A stretch of DNA of 64,000 bases. Source: an uncultured Candidatus Saccharibacteria bacterium. Lineage in GTDB: Bacteria; Patescibacteriota; Minisyncoccia; Phycocordibacterales; CAYSCM01. The position numbers and the translations under genes were made by a program. The notes beneath the pieces were generated by a model. That model saw only the letters and a program-made list of their open reading frames with translations, was not told where the DNA came from and made no database searches. Positions 9,719 through 17,996 of the stretch are shown one piece after another (position 1 is the first letter of the stretch; every line of letters begins with the position of its first letter). The stretch lies in NCBI GenBank assembly GCA_964429815.1, contig CAYSCM010000001.1, positions 64,001 through 128,000 on the forward strand, read 5' to 3'.

Positions 9719-10498
9719 TTATTCAATGATCTCGTACTCGGCCGCTTCGGCTGACACTGAAATGCTCGAGTCGTGTTTTCGGCGCGCAAGGTATACAGCG
9801 CCTGCGCCGAGCGCTAGCACGGTGCCGAGCGCGAGCCACCACAGGTACGGGGAGTGTTGTTCCTCCCCAGTAGCCACGAACCCCGGCTTCGGGGTCAGTG
9901 CGCTCTCTACAACGCCCGGGGGTGGCTCGAGGTTGGCGGGCTTTCGCGACGCTTTTTGTGTAATCACATTTGGGGAAGAAGGAGCGGTTTTTGCTGTCGG
10001 GATATCGGCTTGCGCGAGTGCCCGACCTGGAGAAGGTTTCGCGGCGATGAAGCCTCCGAGGGTGCGTGAGAGCGAAAGTCCGTCCCCTGCCGCGCCAAGC
10101 GCGTGTGTGTACGTGACCGAATCGAGCGTCGAGCTTCCGCTCAAAAGCGCGATTGTTTCGCCGGTATTCGAGAGCGAAAACGAGCTATCAAAAAGCGCCC
10201 CGGTGTAAGATGGGTTGTCGGCCAAAAATTTCGCCGGATCGGCGGCGATGACCGCATACACCCCCGAAGCCAGAACAGACGTACCGGACGCTTTGAGAGT
10301 GTGTCTGACTCCACCCTCGAGCAGCCTGAGGGTCGTAAGGTCGACGGGTCCGCCTCCCCCGTTGTATACCTCGATCCACTCGCGGCCATCATCGGCACCA
10401 GGGAGGTCATAGAGCACCTCGCTGATAGAGACCTGCGCGAAAAGCGGTAGTGGAGCGACGAGGAGCCCGATAAGCGCGCTAGTTCGAGTCATCAGCAA
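9719..10498 (-). CDS. secreted lamin-tail-domain (LTD) protein with C-terminal transmembrane anchor
   Basis: 259 aa. Signal peptide (LIGLLVAPLPLFAQ), LTD signature ISEVLYDLPG...REWIEVYN, Ser/Pro-rich linker, and C-terminal hydrophobic helix followed by ARRKHD. Overlaps the upstream ATPase gene by 20 nt. Confidence 0.7.
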   Translation of the reverse strand: MLMTRTSALIGLLVAPLPLFAQVSISEVLYDLPGADDGREWIEVYNGGGGPVDLTTLRLLEGGVRHTLKASGTSVLASGVYAVIAADPAKFLADNPSYTGALFDSSFSLSNTGETIALLSGSSTLDSVTYTHALGAAGDGLSLSRTLGGFIAAKPSPGRALAQADIPTAKTAPSSPNVITQKASRKPANLEPPPGVVESALTPKPGFVATGEEQHSPYLWWLALGTVLALGAGAVYLARRKHDSSISVSAEAAEYEIIE

Positions 10499-12260
10499 GC
10501 ATTTTTCGAAGCTCTTCGGGTGAGGGTTCGCCCGTATGCTGTTGTGTCGGAGTCGCTTCGTTGGTCAATTCTTTCGATGATTCCCCCTTTCGTTCCTCCT
10601 GGGCTCGAGCGCGCTCAGCCATAGCCTTTGCGAGTGCATCGCGCAGTGCATTGTTTTGTTTCGGAGTCTCCGGCTGCGCCTGCTCCCTTTTATCTTTCTT
10701 TTCGAGCTCTTTCCCGGCCACCTGGCGTAGCGTCTCGCGAAGTTTCGCAAGATGGTCTCCTGTCGACTGCTGCGGGCGAGAAGATATCTGTGAAGGAACT
10801 CCCGTGGAAGGAGGAGGTGCTCTTCTCTCCTCACGGCGGGTATCAGCTCCGCGCTCAGGGCGCGCTTCAGCATTACGATGTTCGCGGGGACGAGATCCCC
10901 CGTTGCGGTCTCGGGAGGAAACGCCCGCTCCGGCAGGAGCCGTCGATGGTCGCAGGGGTTCCACCGGTTCATGCCACTTGGCAATATCCCGCTCGACATC
11001 AGCACGTGGGCGAGCAAATTGCTGGCGCGACATCGCAAGGATTTCTTGCTTAAAGGAGCGCGTGGGTGCCTCAATTGGCGGAAGAGTTACGGCAGAAAAG
11101 GGCGGCGAGCCGACGCCGTCGATCATGAGTGAGAGGTATATCTGGCGAAGACCAAGGTTGACGATATCCTCTGCAGTAAATTTTGGCGCAAAAACTTTCT
11201 CCAGGAGCTCCGCATCGAGTGGACCCACTCGAAAGGCGATAGTGGTGCCAACGTTGCCAAACACCGCATCGCGCACCTCCTCTTCCATTTGTTCCACATA
11301 TTGATGTGCGATGGTGAGGGAGAGCCTATATTTGCGGGCCTCGGCAAGAATATCCGCAAAGGATGCATTCGCAAACGACTGAAACTCGTCTACGTAAAAA
11401 TAGAGACTGGGGAGTTTGGCCTGTGTTGCGGCGGAAGTATCTGCGCGGCTCATGGCGGCCAAATAGATGCGCGTGGTGAGCATAGAACCAAGAAGTGCTG
11501 TGTTTGTCTCCCCCACTAAGCCCTTGGAGAGATTCATGATGATGATTTTTTTCTCATCCATCAATTTACGCAAGTCAAAAGAAGATTTGGACTGTCCGAT
11601 GATGTTGCGAATAAGGGGGTTGGAGCTGTACTGCCCCACCTTGTTCTGAATTGCAGGGGTTGCTTCTGCTGCGAAGCGCTCAGTGTACTTGGCAAATTCA
11701 TTGACCCAAAACGCTTTCACTGATGGGTCGGAAATGTTAGCGACAACTCGATCTCGATAGGGTTTATCCGAGAGCATGCGGTTCACCGCAAGGAGCGTTG
11801 TGTCTGGATATTCCAAAAGTGCCAAGAGTGTATTGGTAAGGATGTATTCCATGCGGGCGCTCCAGGTGTCTGGGCCCCACACTTTTTTAAAGGCACTCAT
11901 AAGTCCCGAGGCGACGAAGTGTCTTCGCGCTGGACCCACATCTTCCATCACGTTGAAGGCCACCGGGTAGTCGGTATCAAACGGCGCGAAATAGAGCACG
12001 TCTTTCACACGCTCGGCCGGAATATAGTCGAGAAGTTTTTCAGCCGTGCCACCGTGCGGATCGATAAAGGCAAGTCCCTCACCATTCATAATGTCCTGGA
12101 TGGCCATGTTCTCGAGAAGAGTCGACTTACCCATGCCCGTTTTACCGATGACATAGACGTGCCGTGAGCGGTCTTTGGCTTTGATGCCAAAGGGGGTGCG
12201 CTTGCCGCGTGAGTCGGTAACAGCAAAATACGTTATCCTCTCGTCGGGATTCATCTTCAT
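10479..12260 (-). CDS. TraD/TraG/VirD4-family type-IV coupling-protein-like P-loop ATPase with ~180-aa disordered R/E/K/Q-rich C-terminal tail
   Basis: Walker A VIGKTGMGKST, DPHGG motif, Walker B-like LYFYVDEFQSF, and ...IAHQY. The ORF-track start (12305) is a GTG that lies inside a terminator hairpin, so the start was moved to the MKMNPDE ATG. Confidence 0.65.
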   Translation of the reverse strand: MKMNPDERITYFAVTDSRGKRTPFGIKAKDRSRHVYVIGKTGMGKSTLLENMAIQDIMNGEGLAFIDPHGGTAEKLLDYIPAERVKDVLYFAPFDTDYPVAFNVMEDVGPARRHFVASGLMSAFKKVWGPDTWSARMEYILTNTLLALLEYPDTTLLAVNRMLSDKPYRDRVVANISDPSVKAFWVNEFAKYTERFAAEATPAIQNKVGQYSSNPLIRNIIGQSKSSFDLRKLMDEKKIIIMNLSKGLVGETNTALLGSMLTTRIYLAAMSRADTSAATQAKLPSLYFYVDEFQSFANASFADILAEARKYRLSLTIAHQYVEQMEEEVRDAVFGNVGTTIAFRVGPLDAELLEKVFAPKFTAEDIVNLGLRQIYLSLMIDGVGSPPFSAVTLPPIEAPTRSFKQEILAMSRQQFARPRADVERDIAKWHEPVEPLRPSTAPAGAGVSSRDRNGGSRPREHRNAEARPERGADTRREERRAPPPSTGVPSQISSRPQQSTGDHLAKLRETLRQVAGKELEKKDKREQAQPETPKQNNALRDALAKAMAERARAQEERKGESSKELTNEATPTQQHTGEPSPEELRKMLADDSN

Positions 12261-12291
12261 GAGTATAGCAATTTTGCCGCCATCGCGATGC

Positions 12292-12320
12292 AAAAAGCCC
12301 CGCACTCTTTTGCGGGGCTT
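12292..12320 (-). terminator. rho-independent terminator (GCCCCGCAAAAGAGUGCGGGGC + UUUUUG) after the DUF1150-like gene
   Basis: An 8-bp GC stem plus a U-tract, read on the minus strand. Confidence 0.55.
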
Positions 12321-12338
12321 CCAGGTGTACGGCTTCGA

Positions 12339-12554
12339 TCAATGAACGCTGACCGGCTCGAGATCGTGGCTTTTCACGGCCTGGAACGCTGTGTCACGGT
12401 CGCTGATGATCGCGAGTTGGGTCCCGTCTGCCGCGTGGACGGAGAATGCGCGCTCACCATTTTCAACGACCGGCTTGATGTAGGCCACCCTATTTAGCAT
12501 CCACACCTGCCACTCAGCCTGCGTCAGGGGCCTGTAGATGGTGTCGGTTTTCAT
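12339..12554 (-). CDS. small conserved protein, DUF1150-like
   Basis: 71 aa. ...AYIKPV...AFSVHAADGTQLAIISDRDTAFQAVKSHDLEPVSVH resembles the DUF1150 family by recall. It is co-directional in the operon and followed by a terminator. Confidence 0.5.
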   Translation of the reverse strand: MKTDTIYRPLTQAEWQVWMLNRVAYIKPVVENGERAFSVHAADGTQLAIISDRDTAFQAVKSHDLEPVSVH

Positions 12555-12619
12555 GGCACACCTCGTCGTCGCTACCTTCAGTAGACCAGATATCCGATTT
12601 CACGCAATTGCGTTACGCA

Positions 12620-13975
12620 CTACTGTGCCGCTGTCGTCGAAGCCGCTGGTTCACGCGCCAACACCGTGCGCAAGCTCGTGTACTTGTTCGCGGCATCCCA
12701 GATGAGGTACGAGTTCAGGCCGGAGTCGAGGTTTGCTTGTATCTGCTCCTTCACCATGTCAGGCGTGTAGGTGACGGGGTAGTCAAACGATTGGAGCCAG
12801 GGGCGAATGATGGAAGCGGGATAGGCCGGCTTTGAGTACAGACCGCTCGCCAATTCCCTGGTCGTCGTGGGAGTCGTCGTCCCCGCCACTTCCACGGTTT
12901 TCATGATGGGCGTGTAGGCCATCGAAAAGAGCTCGGTGGTGGTCGCCATCGCCCGTGCGACTGCCGAGTCGAGAGAGACTCTAACCACCTTGTACGGGTC
13001 CGAGTTGACGTTTTTAAGTCCAACAAAGCCGCTGTTGTAGTGGGAAGGGTAGACCATTGGGTCTATGAAGTCGAAGTAGGGCATCGCGCGCTCGAGAACC
13101 TGTCCGATACCGAGGTCGTCGACGTGGACCGTCACATAGCCGAAGAGATCGGCGGACATAACGGCGCCGATCTGCTTTACGTGAGCGTGCAAATATTGGA
13201 AAAACTCCTCGAGCGCCTGCGCCTTGGTCTTCCCCTCGTCGAGCATATAAACCGCATCCGCCATAGGACCATCCGAGGGGAAGCGAATGTAATCGAAGTT
13301 AAGCTCGTCGAAGCCCATCTCCTCGTACGAGACTTTGCTCAGTTCGACGATGTAGTCCCAAAACGGTTTCGCGCCGACGTCGACAAACGAGAGTCCTCCA
13401 TAGTTTTTCCAAATCCCTCCCTTTTTGCTTTGCACCGCGAGATCGGGATGCTCCTTCGTGTAGGTGGGGTCTTGGAAGACAGTAATGCGGCCGATGACGT
13501 AAATGCCCTTGTCGTGCAGGTTTTTAACGAACGACTTCATGTCGGCCGCACCGCACGCTTTCGAGACATTATCCCGGAGGAGTGAGCTATCGGTCGGAAA
13601 GGCGATGCCGCCGGAGTAGTCCTTTATGTCAATGACGATTGCGTTGAGTTCGGTCCTGTCGATGAGCCCCAGAAGGTCTTTGCGGAACGAGGGCGTACCC
13701 GCCGCGCACTGGCTCATGTAGATGGCCTTCACGGGGTCCGGGGTCGGCACATGGGTGATCGAGGGGTGTTGCACGATGGTGGTCGTGGCCGCCGAGGTCG
13801 AGCTGGCGAGCGTGGCATTGTGATAAGACGTTTCAATAGCGGCCGGAATGCCGAAAAAGGCCGCCGCGGCCACGCCGGAGAGAAGAAGCCCAAGATAGGC
13901 TCCCCGGATAAGCCCCAAGGGCTGTTTTTTAGGAGCGCGCATCGACGCCAGGGCGTTCACGCATCGCGCTGTCAC
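12620..13975 (-). CDS. membrane-anchored putative glycoside hydrolase (DUF4015/GH-like TIM barrel)
   Basis: 451 aa. N-terminal TM anchor, Thr/Ser-rich linker, then an NAIVIDIKD...YIRFPSDG pattern typical of the PF13200-type putative glycosyl hydrolase. The alternative start MRAPKK is at 13942. Confidence 0.55.
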   Translation of the reverse strand: MTARCVNALASMRAPKKQPLGLIRGAYLGLLLSGVAAAAFFGIPAAIETSYHNATLASSTSAATTTIVQHPSITHVPTPDPVKAIYMSQCAAGTPSFRKDLLGLIDRTELNAIVIDIKDYSGGIAFPTDSSLLRDNVSKACGAADMKSFVKNLHDKGIYVIGRITVFQDPTYTKEHPDLAVQSKKGGIWKNYGGLSFVDVGAKPFWDYIVELSKVSYEEMGFDELNFDYIRFPSDGPMADAVYMLDEGKTKAQALEEFFQYLHAHVKQIGAVMSADLFGYVTVHVDDLGIGQVLERAMPYFDFIDPMVYPSHYNSGFVGLKNVNSDPYKVVRVSLDSAVARAMATTTELFSMAYTPIMKTVEVAGTTTPTTTRELASGLYSKPAYPASIIRPWLQSFDYPVTYTPDMVKEQIQANLDSGLNSYLIWDAANKYTSLRTVLAREPAASTTAAQ

Positions 13976-14129
13976 GACTGCGTCCCTCCTGCCGCAAGGC
14001 GAACGCGAGGGCGGCTACCAGTAATCCGAAGAGCACGTAGAGCGGGGTCTTCCAGGGGGTCGGAACGCCCACGAACGGCAAGAGAGCGACGAGGAGAGCG
14101 AACAGAATGATGGTGGCATGTTTGGACAT
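13929..14129 (-). CDS. small 2-TM membrane protein (hypothetical)
   Basis: Internal start MSKHATIILFALLVALLPFVG... of ORF 13929..14192. Overlaps the start of the downstream gene. No clear SD. Confidence 0.3.
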   Translation of the reverse strand: MSKHATIILFALLVALLPFVGVPTPWKTPLYVLFGLLVAALAFALRQEGRSRDSAMRERPGVDARS

Positions 14130-14243
14130 GCGCACAGTATACCCTATAAGCACTGACCTAAGCGGGAACGAAGGTTCATTCCTGCATTTCACCCAAACCA
14201 GAGGGTCTTGAAGGGTCTGGAGGGGTTAGTGCTTGGGTATACC

Positions 14244-14927
14244 CTATGTACCTTCGACCATGACGACGAATTCACCCCGCACCGTATCGGGATTTTCCGC
14301 AAAGTGGGATTCGATCTCCGAAACGGTGCCCACCAGCGTCTCCTCGTACACCTTGGTGAGCTCGCGCGCGACCGCAATGCGCCGGGTTGGCGGGAGATGC
14401 GCCCTGAGCGACGCGAGGGTTTTCATAATGCGGTGCGGGGATTCATAGAAGACAACGACGCGAGATGAAGCGGCTATTTCCCTAAAGAGGGTTTCTCTCC
14501 CTTTTTTGTGGGGCAAAAAACCCAAGAAAGTAAATTCAGATACCGGAAATCCAGACGTTGAGAGAGCCGCAATCGCCGCGTTTGGTCCCGGAATGGCAAT
14601 AATTTTTACCTCAGGGAGCTTTTCGCGGATAAGAGCAACGAGACGAGAGCCTGGATCTGAAATTCCTGGAGTTCCTGCATCCGAAACAAGTGCCGCGCTC
14701 TTTTCCTCCGTGAGGGCGTCGAGAATTTCTCCGTGGCGTTTATCGGAGGCATGCGCGTTATAAGAAAGCATAGGCTTTTTGAGACCATATTCGTGGAGAA
14801 GCTTGCCGGTCACTCGTGTGTCTTCGCATACGACAATATCGACCTCAGAGAGTACTCGCAGCGCCCGCGAGGTAATATCCTCGAGATTACCGATGGGGGT
14901 CGCGACGATGTAGAGCATGACGGCCAT
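14244..14927 (-). CDS. rsmI: 16S rRNA (cytidine1402-2'-O)-methyltransferase
   Basis: 227 aa. LYIVATPIGNLEDIT..., tetrapyrrole-methylase fold motifs, DAGTPGISDPG. Confidence 0.85.
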   Translation of the reverse strand: MAVMLYIVATPIGNLEDITSRALRVLSEVDIVVCEDTRVTGKLLHEYGLKKPMLSYNAHASDKRHGEILDALTEEKSAALVSDAGTPGISDPGSRLVALIREKLPEVKIIAIPGPNAAIAALSTSGFPVSEFTFLGFLPHKKGRETLFREIAASSRVVVFYESPHRIMKTLASLRAHLPPTRRIAVARELTKVYEETLVGTVSEIESHFAENPDTVRGEFVVMVEGT

Positions 14928-15006
14928 GGCATGAACCTACCACAATTTGCCGAAGCTCGGAAAAGGGGTTTAATGGGTAACGGAACGGTGCAAAAAGGAG
15001 TTCGCA

Positions 15007-15231
15007 ATGCCGAGAAAAAAGCTCGAGGACATGCTTAATGCCACTGCGGAAGATTGGGCGAAGATCCCCCCCGATCCGGATGGACGCCGTATGGTATCCG
15101 TATCCGGCCCTCTCGAGGGGGATCTTCTCAGCGCCGCTCATGCCGCGCTTCATCACGGCGTCGGTCTCAAAGCCAGGACGAAAGAGGCAAAACTCTCTAT
15201 GCATGAGAACGTGTCCGAGCAGGACAAATAA
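15007..15231 (+). CDS. small acidic hypothetical protein (74 aa)
   Basis: Strong SD (AAAAAGGAG 7 nt upstream of ATG) and an immediate intrinsic terminator downstream. Unusually, it is a plus-strand gene in a minus-strand region. Confidence 0.5.
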   Translation: MPRKKLEDMLNATAEDWAKIPPDPDGRRMVSVSGPLEGDLLSAAHAALHHGVGLKARTKEAKLSMHENVSEQDK

Positions 15232-15245
15232 CGCCTGCGCCCCAG

Positions 15246-15277
15246 GACGCCCGCCACAAACGGGCGTCTATTTTTTT
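15246..15277 (+). terminator. rho-independent terminator (GACGCCCG...CGGGCGUC + U7)
   Basis: 8-bp GC stem and T7 tract directly after the small plus-strand ORF. The stem overlaps the stop codon of the convergent minus-strand gene. Confidence 0.65.
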
Positions 15278-15810
15278 GGAAAAATCGCCATACGGCGCCA
15301 GTCCAGAAAGAATGCCGGGAGAGGAACAAAATAGTTTTTGAGAGCATCCTTCTCCGAACCGGCGGGGTCGTGATAGAAAAAACCTGCGATTTCCCCGCCC
15401 TCACCCTCTCGAACCCCCACTAAAAGTACCTGATGGAATTTACGTTGATCCCAGAGGCGTAGTTGTGTCGAAATTATAACAGGATTCCCTATCTTAATGG
15501 CATTGCGAATCTGTGTGATATCGCGCTCGGACATCTGCTCTTTTCGCTCACATCCAAAACCAAATCTTTGTATAAGCGAGACCGAATAGTCATGTATCCA
15601 CCCCGAATCGCCGTAGCCTCCTTCCCTCATACCCCGTGCAATGAGTTCATCGAGACTCGGCAATTTTGCACCAAAGTACGCAAGCGCCATGTATACACAG
15701 GTCATCCCGCAGGAAAAAATACGTGAGTCAGGATTTTTGACGTCACGATACTGGGAATAGTAGGGAACTTCGAGAATCGTATCCGTGAAGGTTATCTGTC
15801 GGGTCATCAT
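15268..15810 (-). CDS. papain-like cysteine peptidase, Peptidase_C39_2-like
   Basis: 180 aa. VPYYSQ motif, catalytic-Cys context SCGMTCVYMALAYFG, His/Asp block HQVLLVGV...FFYHDPAG. No signal peptide. Confidence 0.65.
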   Translation of the reverse strand: MMTRQITFTDTILEVPYYSQYRDVKNPDSRIFSCGMTCVYMALAYFGAKLPSLDELIARGMREGGYGDSGWIHDYSVSLIQRFGFGCERKEQMSERDITQIRNAIKIGNPVIISTQLRLWDQRKFHQVLLVGVREGEGGEIAGFFYHDPAGSEKDALKNYFVPLPAFFLDWRRMAIFPKK

Positions 15811-15817
15811 GGTTGTA

Positions 15818-16282
15818 TTACGAAGTTAGAAATGGGTGGATATAAATAGCTGCCACCTTACGAACAGGATTACCCTCCGCCTGTGCCGCGTAATGTAGAG
15901 GATGTTCAATCGGGATGCGATATTCGAAACGGCTGCTGACGGCGGTCTTTTCGTTGAGCACAAAACCGTTGTGCTCATGCATTTCCTCATCTCTCTGTTT
16001 TATTTTTTCCCAAAGAACGACAGCTCCAGGGACTGGTTTATCCGTTGTGGTCCATCCTGATGCTTCCATATCCCGTGTCGTGCCCGAGACTGTGGCATGA
16101 ACTTCCTTAAGCAACTTGAAGTGGTACAGGATTGAAGAAACAAAATAAGCGCAAGAAACATCACCGTCGCGCAAGATGTCCTCCTTCTTGCCATCCACCT
16201 CCGCATAAAGAGTGCGAAAAAGGTTCGAACCGACCGAGTTGCGGATCATCGCGAGGTAGGTGTCCTTCAATAAAAATTTCAT
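15818..16282 (-). CDS. hypothetical protein, possible CHAP/NlpC-P60-like papain-fold hydrolase
   Basis: 154 aa. GDVSCAYFVSS (Cys context) and HEHNGFVL (His context) resemble CHAP-type Cys/His dyads. The assignment is tentative. Confidence 0.4.
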   Translation of the reverse strand: MKFLLKDTYLAMIRNSVGSNLFRTLYAEVDGKKEDILRDGDVSCAYFVSSILYHFKLLKEVHATVSGTTRDMEASGWTTTDKPVPGAVVLWEKIKQRDEEMHEHNGFVLNEKTAVSSRFEYRIPIEHPLHYAAQAEGNPVRKVAAIYIHPFLTS

Positions 16283-16310
16283 TTCCCGATACTACTTTAT
16301 TTTACTGAGG

Positions 16311-16392
16311 TGGGCGAGGGGAGAGTTGAACTCCCAATCCTTGCGGAATACGCTTCTGAGGCGTACGTGTATACCAATTCCACCACTCGCCC
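16311..16392 (-). tRNA. tRNA-Leu (anticodon CAG)
   Basis: Reverse complement GGGCGAGTGGTGGAATTGGTATACACGTACGCCTCAGAAGCGTATTCCGCAAGGATTGGGAGTTCAACTCTCCCCTCGCCCA. It has a 7-bp acceptor stem, an anticodon loop CUCAGAA, a long variable arm and a GTTCAAC T-loop. It is closely similar to E. coli tRNA-Leu. CCA is not encoded. Confidence 0.85.
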
Positions 16393-16544
16393 GTCTGTTC
16401 CATCCTACTCAAATATGAAAACGGGTCTAGCCGACATCAGACCGCGTGGGTCTCATTTAAAGGCGCCATCAATCCGATTTAAGCCTTCGACACACTGTTC
16501 TGTCAGCCGACTGGCGAGGGGCGGAAAAGCTGTACCGTCCTGTG

Positions 16545-16616
16545 TGCGAGTGGAAGGAATCGAACCTTCGACCTCTGTCTTATCAGGACAGCGTTCTACC
16601 ACTGAACTACACTCGC
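16545..16616 (-). tRNA. tRNA-Ile (anticodon GAT)
   Basis: Reverse complement GCGAGTGTAGTTCAGTGGTAGAACGCTGTCCTGATAAGACAGAGGTCGAAGGTTCGATTCCTTCCACTCGCA. Anticodon loop CUGAUAA. CCA is not encoded. Confidence 0.85.
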
Positions 16617-16923
16617 AATGAGGTGGATACTAGCAAGAGAGCGCCTCCCTATCAACAGCTCCCCCTTCATGCGGGGTGCGTTTGGTCGGTACAATGATGG
16701 TGGTTCCAGTAGAAAGGAGAGAACCTTTGTGCGGTTGGTCACGACGTACACTCAAACGGGATCGCGGTCGTAGCCGAGAAATTCGGTCAAAGCCCATCCA
16801 GGAGGAGCTTTCCCTGCTCACCCCGAATGTCTCACGTGTCCTTCCCGAAGCCACAGTCGCTCCACCGGCGAGTCGCTCCGCGCGGCTCCCCTCACAGCAG
16901 CGACTCGCTGAGCTCTATGCCGC

Positions 16924-16975
16924 AAGGAGGTGATCCAGTCGCGTAAGAGCCCTACCAAGGCGCTTACGACTACCG
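16924..16975 (-). rRNA. rrs: 16S rRNA 3'-terminal segment (degenerate helix-45-like hairpin + CUGGAUCACCUCCUU anti-SD), separated from the 16S body by a ~1.6-kb insert
   Basis: Minus-strand sequence GGUAGUCGUAAGCGCCUUGGUAGGGCUCUUACGCGACUGGAUCACCUCCUU. It has the exact anti-Shine-Dalgarno end, which the 16S body at 18529 lacks. Confidence 0.6.
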
Positions 16976-17029
16976 TTTTCGAACGTTCTTTCTTTCAAGC
17001 GCGCCGCGTTAGCGGCGCGCTTTCTATTC

Positions 17030-17057
17030 AAAAAAAGACCCGCTCTCAGAGCGGGTC
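17030..17057 (-). terminator. rho-independent terminator (GACCCGCUCUGAGAGCGGGUC + U7)
   Basis: Perfect 8-bp stem and U7, directly after the 146-aa membrane protein gene. Confidence 0.7.
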
Positions 17058-17069
17058 AGGTACGGGGGG

Positions 17070-17510
17070 TTATGCATCGTCGCGGTGACATAGCCGCAGG
17101 AGCGCACTAACGATGAGGACAGCTCCGAGGACGACCGGGGTGAACGCGGCGTTGAGTTCCCTATGGATGCCTAACCGGAGACCAATGAAGGTGACGACGA
17201 GGCCACCGAAGAACAGGATCGCGCTTTTCTCCACGTACGGGCTCCAGATTCGACAGAGGATGCCGCGCCATCCTCCCGTCATGAGAGCGGAAGCTACCAC
17301 CCCCAAGCTGTAGGAGGGAAAAGAATCCGTTTCCCGAACGAGGGCGTGGACGAAAAGCATGAGCCCGAGGAGAAAGACAAACGTGCCGAGTCCGATGATA
17401 AGCCGAGCCACGATGGACTCGCGAAGAACGCGAGGACGACTCCAATCGTGAAAAAGCTTGGTGGAGCGTTGAGACATGGATGGACCCTCCTTCTTTCGTC
17501 GTGATACCAC
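17070..17510 (-). CDS. hypothetical multi-pass membrane protein (146 aa), inside the 16S insert
   Basis: Strong SD (AAGGAGGG). 3-4 predicted TM helices. Followed by a terminator. Confidence 0.55.
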   Translation of the reverse strand: MVSRRKKEGPSMSQRSTKLFHDWSRPRVLRESIVARLIIGLGTFVFLLGLMLFVHALVRETDSFPSYSLGVVASALMTGGWRGILCRIWSPYVEKSAILFFGGLVVTFIGLRLGIHRELNAAFTPVVLGAVLIVSALLRLCHRDDA

Positions 17511-17561
17511 TCTTCCTGAGCCGCCGCAACCTGTGGAAAACCGTTACGCAAGAAGGCCGCC

Positions 17562-17771
17562 CTACGGGCGGCCTTGCGGCTTTTTCTCGGCGCGACAGAT
17601 AAAGACGCACAGTATCATAAGCGCGATCGCGATGATGATAAAGAGCGTCCCCGCCGGCAGCGCATGAACAGGTTTTCCGCGTTGGATGATGCCGCCGATG
17701 AGCGCGGCAAAGCCGGCACCGGCAAGAACGAGCGCGAAGAAAGCCGTTGTGAGATTCGCTGCCTTTTTCAT
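17562..17771 (-). CDS. small 2-TM membrane protein (69 aa), inside the 16S insert
   Basis: MKKAANLTTAFFALVLAGAGFAALIGG.... Its ATG overlaps the TGA of the upstream 41-aa ORF (ATGA). Confidence 0.45.
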   Translation of the reverse strand: MKKAANLTTAFFALVLAGAGFAALIGGIIQRGKPVHALPAGTLFIIIAIALMILCVFICRAEKKPQGRP

Positions 17772-17893
17772 GGGAGCCTCACGAGCGGTCCGTGGAAGTA
17801 GAGAAACACGTCGAGCGCCAAACTGAAAAAGAACAGGCTTAGCAGGATACGTTTCTTCCCGCTTGGGCCCGAGAACGCCTTGATGGGATGCAT
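17768..17893 (-). CDS. very small 1-TM membrane peptide (41 aa, MHPIKAFSGPSGKKRILLSLFFFSLALDVFLYFHGPLVRLP)
   Basis: Not in the ORF track (<60 aa). GGGAGGG SD 6 nt upstream. Translationally coupled to the next gene. Confidence 0.4.
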   Translation of the reverse strand: MHPIKAFSGPSGKKRILLSLFFFSLALDVFLYFHGPLVRLP

Positions 17894-17996
17894 GCTAGCC
17901 CTCCCTGGTACCTTGGCACATCCTAGCTAAAGAGGCATGCCGGCGCAATCTAAGAAGAGCGCCGCCGGTGGTGCCGGCGGCGTCGTGTCCCCACGA

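Noticed and set aside
16999-17020. GC-rich hairpin gcgcgccgcgttagcggcgcgc followed by a T-rich run on the plus strand, considered as a plus-strand terminator
   Set aside because: No plus-strand gene lies upstream of it. It is more likely part of the structured RNA around the displaced 16S 3' segment, or a secondary element of the insert boundary.
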